Shown: piece after piece, positions 37,974-46,987 of the stretch | Position numbering within the stretch: position 1 is the first letter of the stretch | How the letters are laid out: each line of letters starts with the position of its first letter | NCBI GenBank assembly: GCA_902536295.1 | Contig: CACAWS010000001.1 | Coordinates: 142,658 to 206,657, forward strand | Length of the DNA: 64,000 bases | From: an uncultured SAR86 cluster bacterium | GTDB lineage: Bacteria; Pseudomonadota; Gammaproteobacteria; Magnimaribacterales; AG-339-G14 | Direction: 5' to 3' | Notes under the pieces: generated by a model | The model's input: only the letters and a program-made list of their open reading frames with translations | What the model was told of the DNA's origin: nothing | Databases searched by the model: none | Program-made: the position numbers and the translations under genes

Positions 37974-38585
37974 ATGTTGAAAAATATTCATTGGTTAATA
38001 TTGATAGGAATCTACTTATCTTTTTTTATTTGGTATACAAACTTATCTGGGCCAGTGACTACTGATGAAATTAATGAATATTTATTAAAAGGGTCAGAAG
38101 ATTTTAAAACTGAAGATCTCTTCAGAGAATTTCTTGAAAATGACGACGGAAAAGATTTTTACATGGTCAATTACCTGGACCTAAATGAAAATCCTCCAAT
38201 TCTTCCAGCAACTGGTCAAGGAGCTTCTGCATGGGATCTTTTAGGTCATTACAACGAGTTCATGTTTCCGAATCTATTTTCTAGAGCATGTCATCCAGTT
38301 TTCGGAGGTCCTGTGGTTTCTGATGCTTTAGACTTACTAAATATAGAAGAAGGAAAAACTTGGGATTATGTTGTCATTATGCGCTACCGAAGCAGAAGAG
38401 ACTTAGCCGATATAGCGACTAATCCAAATTTTTTTGGCAGACATGATTATAAAATTGGATCATTAGACAAAACTATTGCTGTCCCAGTAAACCCTAGATT
38501 TACTACCGATTTTCGATACCTTTTGTTTTTCATTTTCTTCACGATTGGTTTAATCATCCAAGTTTTTAAAAAAAAGACTAACTAA
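37974..38585 (+). CDS. Membrane-anchored hypothetical protein, DUF1330-like dimeric alpha/beta barrel
   Basis: N- and C-terminal TM segments; DDGK.FYMVNYL and WDYVVIMRYRSRR. Confidence 0.65.
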   Translation: MLKNIHWLILIGIYLSFFIWYTNLSGPVTTDEINEYLLKGSEDFKTEDLFREFLENDDGKDFYMVNYLDLNENPPILPATGQGASAWDLLGHYNEFMFPNLFSRACHPVFGGPVVSDALDLLNIEEGKTWDYVVIMRYRSRRDLADIATNPNFFGRHDYKIGSLDKTIAVPVNPRFTTDFRYLLFFIFFTIGLIIQVFKKKTN

Positions 38586-38647
38586 CTATTCACATCTACT
38601 GATGTTTTTAGCTAATATAGTTTTTTTAAATTAACTATGGAGAGACT

Positions 38648-39325
38648 ATGAAAAAAATACTTTTACTTCTATCGCTCTTCTTTTCCCCTCTTTTCTTTGC
38701 TGAAGATGGTCCGTTTACAGTTTTCTATGGATTTCAAACTGAAAATCCTTTAGATATTGTTGCTGCCACAGATCAGTTATGGAAAGACTGTGATAAAGGA
38801 GATGTGGTTGTTAGCTTAAATGCAGACGCAATTAATGGAGAATCAAGCAACACCCATACATATGTTGTTAATTTTCCTGACAATGCAGCATTTGTTAAAT
38901 GGAATAATTTGTTTGCAACCTGCCCTGGTGTTCAAAAATATTTTGAAACTGTAAACCCAATAATTGAATTTACGCAAGAAATTATGGGACTTCCTTTAAG
39001 AGGTTTCGGTGATACAGCTCAAAGCGAGTATTTTCAAGTATTTTCAATTGCTGTTCAAAATCCTATGAAATTCGTAAAAGCGTATGATGAATTGATGGAA
39101 TCAAACACTGAATGTGATTCTTGGGGGTTATTAGCATTTGGAGCTGGATATACTCGTCAAAGCGGAACACACTTAGCTTACTGTGGTTTCAATGACTTAA
39201 CTTCCTACCTAGAGCAAGCCCAAGTTAGAGAGCCCACGGAAGAATTTCAGAAATTTATTCGAAAAACTTTCAAAATTTCACAACTAAATGCTGTAAGCAT
39301 GGTTGAAGTAGTTAAAAGATATTAA
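38648..39325 (+). CDS. Secreted hypothetical protein with an internal tandem repeat
   Basis: Signal peptide MKKILLLLSLFFSPLFFA; repeats ENPLDIVAA...THTYVVNF.D and QNPMKFVKA...THLAYCGF.D; 4 Cys. SD GGAG. Confidence 0.7.
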   Translation: MKKILLLLSLFFSPLFFAEDGPFTVFYGFQTENPLDIVAATDQLWKDCDKGDVVVSLNADAINGESSNTHTYVVNFPDNAAFVKWNNLFATCPGVQKYFETVNPIIEFTQEIMGLPLRGFGDTAQSEYFQVFSIAVQNPMKFVKAYDELMESNTECDSWGLLAFGAGYTRQSGTHLAYCGFNDLTSYLEQAQVREPTEEFQKFIRKTFKISQLNAVSMVEVVKRY

Positions 39326-39337
39326 TTAACTGAATCC

Positions 39338-39371
39338 AAAAAAAAAGGGCTGTAAAACAGCCCTTTTTTTA
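39338..39371. terminator. Bidirectional intrinsic terminator
   Basis: A9-GGGCTGT-aaa-ACAGCCC-T8 between convergent genes. Confidence 0.9.
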
Positions 39372-40391
39372 TTGAAGATTTTCAATCCAATCATTTATTA
39401 GCTCCACTCCTTCGCTATGAAGAAGAGCTCGACCAGATTCTGGCATCATCACTCCAGGATCTAATGAATTCATTCTATGTAATAAGATAGATTCTTGAGG
39501 CTTGCCTGGGACAATAGAATATTTTAAATCGGCACTAGCTCTTCCTGCTGCTACTGGTTTTTTAAAGATACCAATATTCATATCATTAGTTTCTGTGTAG
39601 TTTAAGTAAAGCCCCGTGTTACTTGCCGACCCCGAGGATAGGTGACAATGTCCGCAATTTATATCTAAATATGCTCTAGCCCTATGATTTAAAGTTGCTG
39701 ATTGATCAGTCCAATTGACTATAAGATCCAAGGGCATATGATTTTCAACTAAACCATTTTCTATCCAAAAAGAAATTTGATTCTCCTCCTCATCCTTGTA
39801 CTGAATACTAAAATTTAAATTTCTTGATTTTGGTCCTATGGGCATAATGGCATTGTTTTTTAAATGACATTCTTTGCATTGATTTTGATTTGGAACTCTA
39901 TAACTGACCTGCATTAATTCACCGTTCTTAAGAAATTCAATATTTTCGTAGGTATATCCGGCAACTTTTAAGAACGCATCAGTTTGTTCTTCATTCCAGA
40001 CATATGTGTGAGCCTTCCACCCATTTTCTTGATTTAATAATAATCTAGTTTCTAATAACTTTTTTCCCATTGAAGTTGTCTCAGAGTAAGAAAAGGTTTT
40101 AACCAAAACAGCGCCAACAGGAAATTCATAAACCTCATTAGGTTTAAATTTAGCTTTGACTCCTTCCGGGACATAAACAAATCTCTCTTTGTCGGCGTAA
40201 TCAGAAAATAAAGCTGAATGCAGTATGTAAGGATGAACACCGTCTGAGGGTAATTGGTTAGTTAAATCCTCAAATAATTGATAATCTGATAATTTTTTTT
40301 CAGGCTTCGAAGATAAAATTGCCTCGAGGTTCACTGACCACAAATTAACTGAGTTCAGCAAAATAAAAAATACTATTATTTGTTTTACCAT
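39369..40391 (-). CDS. SO2930-family diheme c-type cytochrome (TIGR03806-like)
   Basis: Signal peptide, LFSDYADK.RFV, FPVG.VL.KTF, ETRLL, two CxxCH motifs (CKECH, CGHCH), MMPE.GR. Confidence 0.88.
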   Translation of the reverse strand: MVKQIIVFFILLNSVNLWSVNLEAILSSKPEKKLSDYQLFEDLTNQLPSDGVHPYILHSALFSDYADKERFVYVPEGVKAKFKPNEVYEFPVGAVLVKTFSYSETTSMGKKLLETRLLLNQENGWKAHTYVWNEEQTDAFLKVAGYTYENIEFLKNGELMQVSYRVPNQNQCKECHLKNNAIMPIGPKSRNLNFSIQYKDEEENQISFWIENGLVENHMPLDLIVNWTDQSATLNHRARAYLDINCGHCHLSSGSASNTGLYLNYTETNDMNIGIFKKPVAAGRASADLKYSIVPGKPQESILLHRMNSLDPGVMMPESGRALLHSEGVELINDWIENLQ

Positions 40392-41599
40392 TCTTCGACA
40401 GCAGGCAAAGCTTTTATATCTCCAGAAAAGTCTGTTTTGTCTCTATTAGGTGAATGAAAATATGAAAATAAAAAATACCAAAGCGCGTCAAGATTTAAGA
40501 ACTTAATTGATTCATTTTCTTTTAAAATTAATTTTTCATCCTGAGGTTGTCCTAATATCGCTTGAGATAAAGGTAAAACACCGTCCCAGATAACATCAGG
40601 CATTTCACCTTCTGCAATTTCCACTAACAATTTGCTTAAATTCCCTCTATCAACATCTGGTGAATAACCTACATTAGAGTAAGAATTATTGTGGATTTGA
40701 ATACTTTTAGGATGGGGATAATAATTTTCATCACCTGATTCTAAATCTCCAGAAACTACTGCAATATGAATAGTGGAATTATTTGAAAAAGAATTCTCAA
40801 AAACTTCCACGTTAGAATTTGCCATTACGACAAGACCGGTTCCGCTTGGAACTTCGCCTACAATATTTCCTTCGGGAGCAAAATTTGGAGTATTGTTATC
40901 AAAAGATCTATTATTAAACACTCTCACAAATTTTCCACCTTGCTTTGGAAGGTTTGGAAGATCAAAAACAAGAATTCCACCTGTATTCTGCGTTGCAATA
41001 TTATCGTAAACATCTGCATAGTAAGAATTTTCTATTTCAATACCCGCGACGTTAAATTTAGCTAGAGTATTTCTAACAATTATTTGCTCTGATTGACCGA
41101 CATAAATTCCTGCATCGGAAGCGCCGATGGCAATACAACCATCGATTAAGACTCTTTTTGATTCAACTGGATAAATGCCATAAGCACCATTGGTTGAATC
41201 TGGCCCATTAGTCCATTCAGTTCTGAGATTAATGAATGAGATTTCATCTGAGCCTTTAGATTTTACTGCATCGCCCTTTGCATCTTCTATAGCAAAATCT
41301 TTTAAAACTACTCGGTTTGAAGTGACCAGTAATCCTTGAGCACTGGAAATTTGATCTTTGAAATTTAAAATAGTTTTTTCGTGCCCTGCGCCTACAATTG
41401 ATACATCATCAACATCCAGAGATAAACCATGTTTTAATTTATAAAATCCTTCAGCAAGTTGGATGATATCTCCAGGTTCGGCTAAGATTAGAGCTTCTTG
41501 AATTTCTTCTTGTGAATTCGAAGACGGCTTTATAAACCAAGTTTCTGCAATAGAAAAGGCCGAAAATATTAAAGAAAAAACTAACAAAAAGAATTTCAC
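40385..41599 (-). CDS. Secreted parallel beta-helix protein (TIGR03805-like)
   Basis: NGAYGIYPV, GASDAGIYVGQS, NVAGIEIENS, NTGGILVFDLP, NFAPEGNIV. GTG start with a signal peptide. Confidence 0.88.
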   Translation of the reverse strand: MKFFLLVFSLIFSAFSIAETWFIKPSSNSQEEIQEALILAEPGDIIQLAEGFYKLKHGLSLDVDDVSIVGAGHEKTILNFKDQISSAQGLLVTSNRVVLKDFAIEDAKGDAVKSKGSDEISFINLRTEWTNGPDSTNGAYGIYPVESKRVLIDGCIAIGASDAGIYVGQSEQIIVRNTLAKFNVAGIEIENSYYADVYDNIATQNTGGILVFDLPNLPKQGGKFVRVFNNRSFDNNTPNFAPEGNIVGEVPSGTGLVVMANSNVEVFENSFSNNSTIHIAVVSGDLESGDENYYPHPKSIQIHNNSYSNVGYSPDVDRGNLSKLLVEIAEGEMPDVIWDGVLPLSQAILGQPQDEKLILKENESIKFLNLDALWYFLFSYFHSPNRDKTDFSGDIKALPAVEEW

Positions 41600-41634
41600 A
41601 TGATTATTATCTCATTTTTTAAAGTCGGATAAAC

Positions 41635-41666
41635 AAAAAAACCCAGCTAAAAAGCTGGGCTTTTTT
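41635..41666 (-). terminator. Intrinsic terminator downstream of metY
   Basis: A7-CCCAGCT-aaa-AGCTGGG-C-T7. Confidence 0.88.
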
Positions 41667-41677
41667 GATTTATTGGT

Positions 41678-42976
41678 TTATCCAGCTTTGTCTAAAGCTT
41701 GAGAAATATCAGCGATAATATCGTCAACATGCTCAATTCCAATAGATAATCTTACATATCCTGGAGTAACACCTGCAGACAGCTGCTCTTCCGGCGACAA
41801 CTGACTATGAGTAGTAGTTGCTGGATGAATAGCTAATGATCTTGCATCACCAATATTAGCAACGTGATACAAAAGCTCCAAAGAGTCGATAAATTTACTA
41901 CCGGCCTCTTTCCCGCCTGGCAATTCAAATCCGATTAAGGCTCCATAACCACCGGTCATATATTTGTCAGCTTTTTCTCTCAGCGCCCCGTCTGTAATTC
42001 CTGGATACGTTACTGCTTGAACTCGATTGTCCTTATCAAGGAATTCCGCAACTGCTTGAGCATTTTTTGCATGTTCTCTCATTCTTAGAGGCAAAGTCTC
42101 AAGACCTTGTATAAAAGTGAAAGCACTTTGAGGGCTCATAGCTCCTCCTAGGTCTCTGAGAAGAGTTGTTCTAAGTTTCATAATGTATGCAATAGGACCC
42201 ATTGGTTTAATAGCTTCATCCCAGACAATACCATTATAACAAGGGTCAGGAGTGTTCATAGCCGGTTGTCTATCTGCTCCAGCTTCTCCCCAATCAAAGT
42301 TACCTCCATCAATTATTGCGCCACCAATAGTTGTTCCATGGCCACCAATGTACTTGGTAGTGGAATATGTAATCACTGCCGCGCCATGATCAAACGGACG
42401 ACATAAAATTGGTGCCGCTGTGTTATCCACTATTAAAGGAATACCGTGTTTCCTTCCAATTTCAGCTATTTCTCCAATTGGAAAAACTTCAAGCTTTGGA
42501 TTTGGAAGAGTTTCTCCAAAATAAGCTCTAGTTTTTTCATCTGTAGCTTTTTCAAAATTAGCAGGATCAGTAGGATCAACAAATCTAACTTCTATTCCCA
42601 TTTCTCTCATATTGTTTTTGAACTGATTGTAAGTTCCACCGTACAAGTGAGAAGAAGAGACAATATTATCGCCTACCCTAGCAAGGTTTTGAATTGAATA
42701 AGCTGATGCAGTCTGACCAGAAGCAACAGCCAAGCCAGCCGCGCCGCCGTCAAGTGCAGCTAATCTTTCTTCAAGAACTGCTGTCGTTGGATTCATTATA
42801 CGAGTGTAAATATTTCCAAGTTCAGCTAAAGCAAATAAATTTGCTGCGTGTTCTGTATTATTGAATTGATAACTAGTGGTTTGATGAATCGGAACAGCAA
42901 CAGATCCAGTTGTCTCATCAGACCTCCACCCAGTGTGTAAAGCTATAGTCTCTACATTTTTTCCTTCGTATGCCAT
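41678..42976 (-). CDS. metY: O-acetylhomoserine sulfhydrylase / aminocarboxypropyltransferase
   Basis: AVPIHQTTSY.F, GNIYTRIMNPT, STTKYIGGHG, HVANIGDARSL.IHPA.TTHSQL. SD GGAG before ATG 42976. Confidence 0.92.
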   Translation of the reverse strand: MAYEGKNVETIALHTGWRSDETTGSVAVPIHQTTSYQFNNTEHAANLFALAELGNIYTRIMNPTTAVLEERLAALDGGAAGLAVASGQTASAYSIQNLARVGDNIVSSSHLYGGTYNQFKNNMREMGIEVRFVDPTDPANFEKATDEKTRAYFGETLPNPKLEVFPIGEIAEIGRKHGIPLIVDNTAAPILCRPFDHGAAVITYSTTKYIGGHGTTIGGAIIDGGNFDWGEAGADRQPAMNTPDPCYNGIVWDEAIKPMGPIAYIMKLRTTLLRDLGGAMSPQSAFTFIQGLETLPLRMREHAKNAQAVAEFLDKDNRVQAVTYPGITDGALREKADKYMTGGYGALIGFELPGGKEAGSKFIDSLELLYHVANIGDARSLAIHPATTTHSQLSPEEQLSAGVTPGYVRLSIGIEHVDDIIADISQALDKAG

Positions 42977-42990
42977 TTTTATTTCTCCAT

Positions 42991-43022
42991 AAAAAAAACC
43001 TGCTTGCATTTGCTAAACAGGT
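42991..43022 (-). terminator. Riboswitch-controlled intrinsic terminator in the metY leader
   Basis: Minus strand ACCTGTTTAGC-AAAT-GCAAGCAGG followed by T8. Confidence 0.8.
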
Positions 43023-43034
43023 CTCAACGAAGTT

Positions 43035-43086
43035 CTTGTTTAGCAAATTTTTTATAGCGTTTGCAAGTAGGAATAAATCAACGCTT
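43035..43086 (-). promoter_or_regulatory. SAM-II (SAM-alpha) riboswitch aptamer
   Basis: Minus strand AGCGTT-GATTT-attcctac-TTGCA-AACGCT-ataaaaaattt-GCTAAA. P1 AGCGTT/AACGCT plus the conserved GAUUU, UUGC and GCUAAA elements, upstream of a methionine-synthesis gene. Confidence 0.88.
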
Positions 43087-43131
43087 AGACGCATATATAA
43101 GCAAAATAATTTATAATTATCAACCCTGATT

Positions 43132-43992
43132 ATGAAAAATTACGAACACATAAAAACTGAAATCAAATCGAGTAATTTAATTATTTACCTTTCAAGACCT
43201 GAAAAGATGAATGCTTTCACTGAATTAATGATGAGAGAACTAATAGATGTTATGAATTTCGCAGAAGAAGAAAACGACATCAGAGCAATAATTTTTACCG
43301 GTGAAGGAAAAAAATATTGTGCAGGTGCTGATTTATCAACTGGAGAAGATTCATTTAATTGGACAGAAAAAAAGAAAAAATCTTCAGATGTTATAAGAGA
43401 TGCTGGAGGAGTTTTGACATTAAGATTATTCAAATCAACCAAACCTATTGTAGGTGCTATCAATGGAGACGCTGTTGGCATAGGTGCGACTATGTTGCTA
43501 CCTATGGATGTCAGAATTGCAAGTGATAACGCAAGATTTGGATTTGTGTTTGCAAAAAGAGGCATAGTGCCAGAAGCTGCTTCTAGTTGGTTTTTGCCAA
43601 GATTAGTGGGTATAGATAATGCACTTAAGCTATGTTATTCAGCAAATGTAATCGATGCAAAACAAGCAAAAGATATAAATCTAATTTCTGAAGTCACGAC
43701 TCAAGAGGATTTGTTAAATCGAGCTATCGAGATATGTAACGAATTTACAAAAGAAACTTCTTCAATATCCATTGCGCTCACTAGGCAAATGCTGTGGAGA
43801 ATGATGGGAGCTGATCACCCCATGGAAGCACATAAGATTGATTCGCGTGCTGTATACGCGCTTGGCAAATCTGGCGAAGCAGCTGAGGGGATAAAGTCTT
43901 TTTTTGAAAAACGCCCGCCAAATTTTCCCGGAAGATTGACAGATGACATGCCTGATTTTTATCCTTGGTGGGATGAAAAAAAATTTGAATAA
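43132..43992 (+). CDS. Enoyl-CoA hydratase/isomerase
   Basis: YCAGADLS, AINGDAVGIG, GIVPEAASSWFLPRLVG. Confidence 0.9.
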   Translation: MKNYEHIKTEIKSSNLIIYLSRPEKMNAFTELMMRELIDVMNFAEEENDIRAIIFTGEGKKYCAGADLSTGEDSFNWTEKKKKSSDVIRDAGGVLTLRLFKSTKPIVGAINGDAVGIGATMLLPMDVRIASDNARFGFVFAKRGIVPEAASSWFLPRLVGIDNALKLCYSANVIDAKQAKDINLISEVTTQEDLLNRAIEICNEFTKETSSISIALTRQMLWRMMGADHPMEAHKIDSRAVYALGKSGEAAEGIKSFFEKRPPNFPGRLTDDMPDFYPWWDEKKFE

Positions 43993-43994
43993 GA

Positions 43995-45533
43995 ATGTCT
44001 TGGAAAAAGGAAGTTAAAGAAATTTCATTAAGAAAAAAACTAGCTCTCCAGCAAGGAGGAAAAGAAGCTATTGAAATTCAGCATGCTAAGGGCAGACTAA
44101 CTCTTCGAGAAAGAATAGATTTGCTTTTAGACAAAAATAGTTTTGAAGAGGTTGGTAAAATTTCGGGGGGAATTGAACATAATGACGATGGTTCAATCGA
44201 GTCTTTCACCCCTGCTAATTTTATTTTAGGTTTTGGAGAAATTAATAAAAGAAAGGTTGTGATTGGAGGTGAAGATTTTACTGTCAAAGGTGGCTCTCCA
44301 AATGCTGCTGGAAATAGAAAAAGTGTTTATACCGAAGAACTAGCCGTTCAGTATAAGTTTCCTTTGGTCAGACTTCACGAAGGCGGAGGTGGCTCAGTAG
44401 CCGGTCCATCTAAAGAAAAGAAAGGATATGGTGGAGATCCTGTTTTTTCTAAATCAAGATTTAAAGCAGTTGCGACCAGTCTTAAAACCATTCCGGTTAT
44501 TAGCGCTGCTTTAGGGCCTGTCGCTGGTCTTCCTGCGTCTAGATTTGTTGCCTCGCATTTCAGAATTATGACCAAAAAAACTGCTCAAATACTTGTCGCA
44601 GGACCTGCTGTAGTTTCAAGAGCATTTGGTAAAGAATTTACTAAAGAAGAATTAGGTGGATCTGATATTCATAAAATTAATGGTGTTGTTGACAACGTTG
44701 CGGATGATGAGCAAGACGCTTTTTTACAAATAAAAAAATTTCTTTCTTTCATGCCTCAAAACATTTATGAAGCTCCTGAAAGAATTTCAAGTTCAGACCC
44801 AATTGATAGAATTGACGAAATATTAGAGTCCATAGTTCCCAAAGATAGGAAAAAAACTTATGAGATGAGGGAGATTATTAAATCAATTGCAGATGATAAA
44901 GATTTCTTTGAAATGACTAATTATTATGGTCGAGGAATTATCACTGGTTTCGCAAGATTAAATGGATTTTCCGTTGGAATTTTTGCAAATGATAGTAATT
45001 TTTATGCAGGATCTATGACAGCAGATAACGCAAAAAAAACATCAAGATTTATTAAACTATGCGATCAATTTAACATCCCAATAATATCCTTGGTTGATGA
45101 ACCCGGCTTTTTAATTGGACCAGAAGCTGAAAAAGACGCAACAATATTGCATGGAACTGAAGCGGTTCTTGCTGCTGTAGATTCATCAGTGCCGTGGTGT
45201 TCTGTATTAATAAGAAAGTCCTTCGGGGTGGGTTCAGCTGCGCATTTTGGCCCTGAAAGTTATGTTTTAGCCTGGCCATCATCTGAAGCAGGTCCCCTTC
45301 CATTAGAAGGCGGAATAGCCATAGCCTTTGGTAAAGAAATAGCACAAGCTGAGGACCCCGAGTCTAAAAGAAAAGAAATTGAAGAAAAATTATCAAAATC
45401 TCAAAGTCCTTTTCCGAGAGCTGAAGCATTTTCAGTTCATGAAATTATTGACCCGAAAGAGACAAGAAAGTATCTTTGTTCTTGGATAGATAAAGTCCAA
45501 ACCAGTTTATTAACAAAAATTCATAATCCTTAG
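43995..45533 (+). CDS. Acyl-CoA carboxylase carboxyltransferase subunit
   Basis: QHAKGRLT.RERI, DFTVKGGS, EELGG, ITGFARL.G, VDEPGF.IG, IIDP.ETR. Confidence 0.9.
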   Translation: MSWKKEVKEISLRKKLALQQGGKEAIEIQHAKGRLTLRERIDLLLDKNSFEEVGKISGGIEHNDDGSIESFTPANFILGFGEINKRKVVIGGEDFTVKGGSPNAAGNRKSVYTEELAVQYKFPLVRLHEGGGGSVAGPSKEKKGYGGDPVFSKSRFKAVATSLKTIPVISAALGPVAGLPASRFVASHFRIMTKKTAQILVAGPAVVSRAFGKEFTKEELGGSDIHKINGVVDNVADDEQDAFLQIKKFLSFMPQNIYEAPERISSSDPIDRIDEILESIVPKDRKKTYEMREIIKSIADDKDFFEMTNYYGRGIITGFARLNGFSVGIFANDSNFYAGSMTADNAKKTSRFIKLCDQFNIPIISLVDEPGFLIGPEAEKDATILHGTEAVLAAVDSSVPWCSVLIRKSFGVGSAAHFGPESYVLAWPSSEAGPLPLEGGIAIAFGKEIAQAEDPESKRKEIEEKLSKSQSPFPRAEAFSVHEIIDPKETRKYLCSWIDKVQTSLLTKIHNP

Positions 45534-45541
45534 AGGTAAAA

Positions 45542-46981
45542 ATGAAAAACTACGAAAAATTTTACATAAATGGTGAATGGGTTGACCCTATTGATGGGTT
45601 AAATCTTCTTGATGTAATAAATCCAACAACAGAAGAATCTATTGGCAAAATTGCAATGGGTTCTGCAAAGGATGTTGATGCTGCAGTAAAAGCTGCTCAA
45701 GAGGCGTTTATCACGTTCAGTCAAACTTCTACTGAAGAAAGATTAAAACTATTAGAAAAGATTTGTTCCATTTATATGGAAAGATCAGATGAAATAGCTG
45801 ATGCAATCTCAAAAGAGATGGGAGCACCAATCAATCTTTCGAAAAACGCGCAAGCTGCTTCGGGTTTAGGTCACCTTGCTACCGCAACAGCTACGTTAAA
45901 AAATTATAATTTTGAAGAAATGTCAGGTTCTACTCTAATTCGAAAAGAGCCTATTGGGGTAGTAGGTATGATTACGCCTTGGAATTGGCCTATGAACCAA
46001 ATCACTTGTAAAGTTGGTCCTGCTCTAGCAGCGGGTTGCACAATGGTTTTAAAGCCCACCGAAATAGCTCCAATGAATGCAATGCTTTTGGCTGAAATTC
46101 TGCACGATGCTGGTGTGCCTAAAGGAGTTTTCAACTTAGTTAATGGCGATGGTCCTACCGTAGGCGAGGCTATGTCTGCTCATCCAGGAATAGATATGAT
46201 GTCTTTCACTGGCTCTACTAGAGCTGGAATTGCAGTAGCGAAAGGCTCTGCAGATACGGTAAAAAGAGTTCACCAAGAATTGGGAGGAAAATCAGCAAAT
46301 ATTATTTTAGACGACGCTGATTTTTATGAAGCAGTTAAACGAGGAACAAAACATATGTTTAACAATACTGGTCAATCTTGTAACGCACCTTCAAGAATGT
46401 TAGTTCCAGAGTCAAGACAAGATGAAGCGAAACAAGCCGCTAAAGAAGTTGCTGAAAAAACAGTAGTTGGAGATCCTTCTTCAGAATCCACTACTATGGG
46501 CCCTGTTGTAAGCGATCTTCAATATAACAAAATTCAGGGTTTAATCGAAAAAGGCATAGAAGAAGGTGCTGAATTGGTTGTTGGAGGTCCAGGAAAACCT
46601 GATGATCTTAACCAAGGTTACTTTGTTAAACCTACTGTCTTTGCCAATGTATCTAATGACATGACTATTGCAAGAGAAGAAATATTTGGGCCCGTTCTCT
46701 GTATTCTTCCCTATAAAGACGAGGATGACGCTGTAAGGATTGCTAATGATACTCTTTATGGACTCTCAGGTTATGTTTCTTCTGCTGATCCTGAGCATGC
46801 TTTAAATGTCGCTAGAAGAATAAGAAGTGGTAATGTTCATATTAACAATGCACCAACAGGTATCAATGATCCGTTTGGCGGATTTAAACAATCAGGAAAT
46901 GGAAGAGAATGGGGAATTTTTGGTTTTGAAGAATTTTTAGAAATCAAAGCCGTCATGGGATACGCTCAAGCAAAAAAATAA
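45542..46981 (+). CDS. Aldehyde dehydrogenase
   Basis: ITPWNWP, FTGST, ELGGKS, GQSCNA, EEIFGPV, PFGGFKQSGNGRE. Confidence 0.95.
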   Translation: MKNYEKFYINGEWVDPIDGLNLLDVINPTTEESIGKIAMGSAKDVDAAVKAAQEAFITFSQTSTEERLKLLEKICSIYMERSDEIADAISKEMGAPINLSKNAQAASGLGHLATATATLKNYNFEEMSGSTLIRKEPIGVVGMITPWNWPMNQITCKVGPALAAGCTMVLKPTEIAPMNAMLLAEILHDAGVPKGVFNLVNGDGPTVGEAMSAHPGIDMMSFTGSTRAGIAVAKGSADTVKRVHQELGGKSANIILDDADFYEAVKRGTKHMFNNTGQSCNAPSRMLVPESRQDEAKQAAKEVAEKTVVGDPSSESTTMGPVVSDLQYNKIQGLIEKGIEEGAELVVGGPGKPDDLNQGYFVKPTVFANVSNDMTIAREEIFGPVLCILPYKDEDDAVRIANDTLYGLSGYVSSADPEHALNVARRIRSGNVHINNAPTGINDPFGGFKQSGNGREWGIFGFEEFLEIKAVMGYAQAKK

Positions 46982-46987
46982 GAATCT

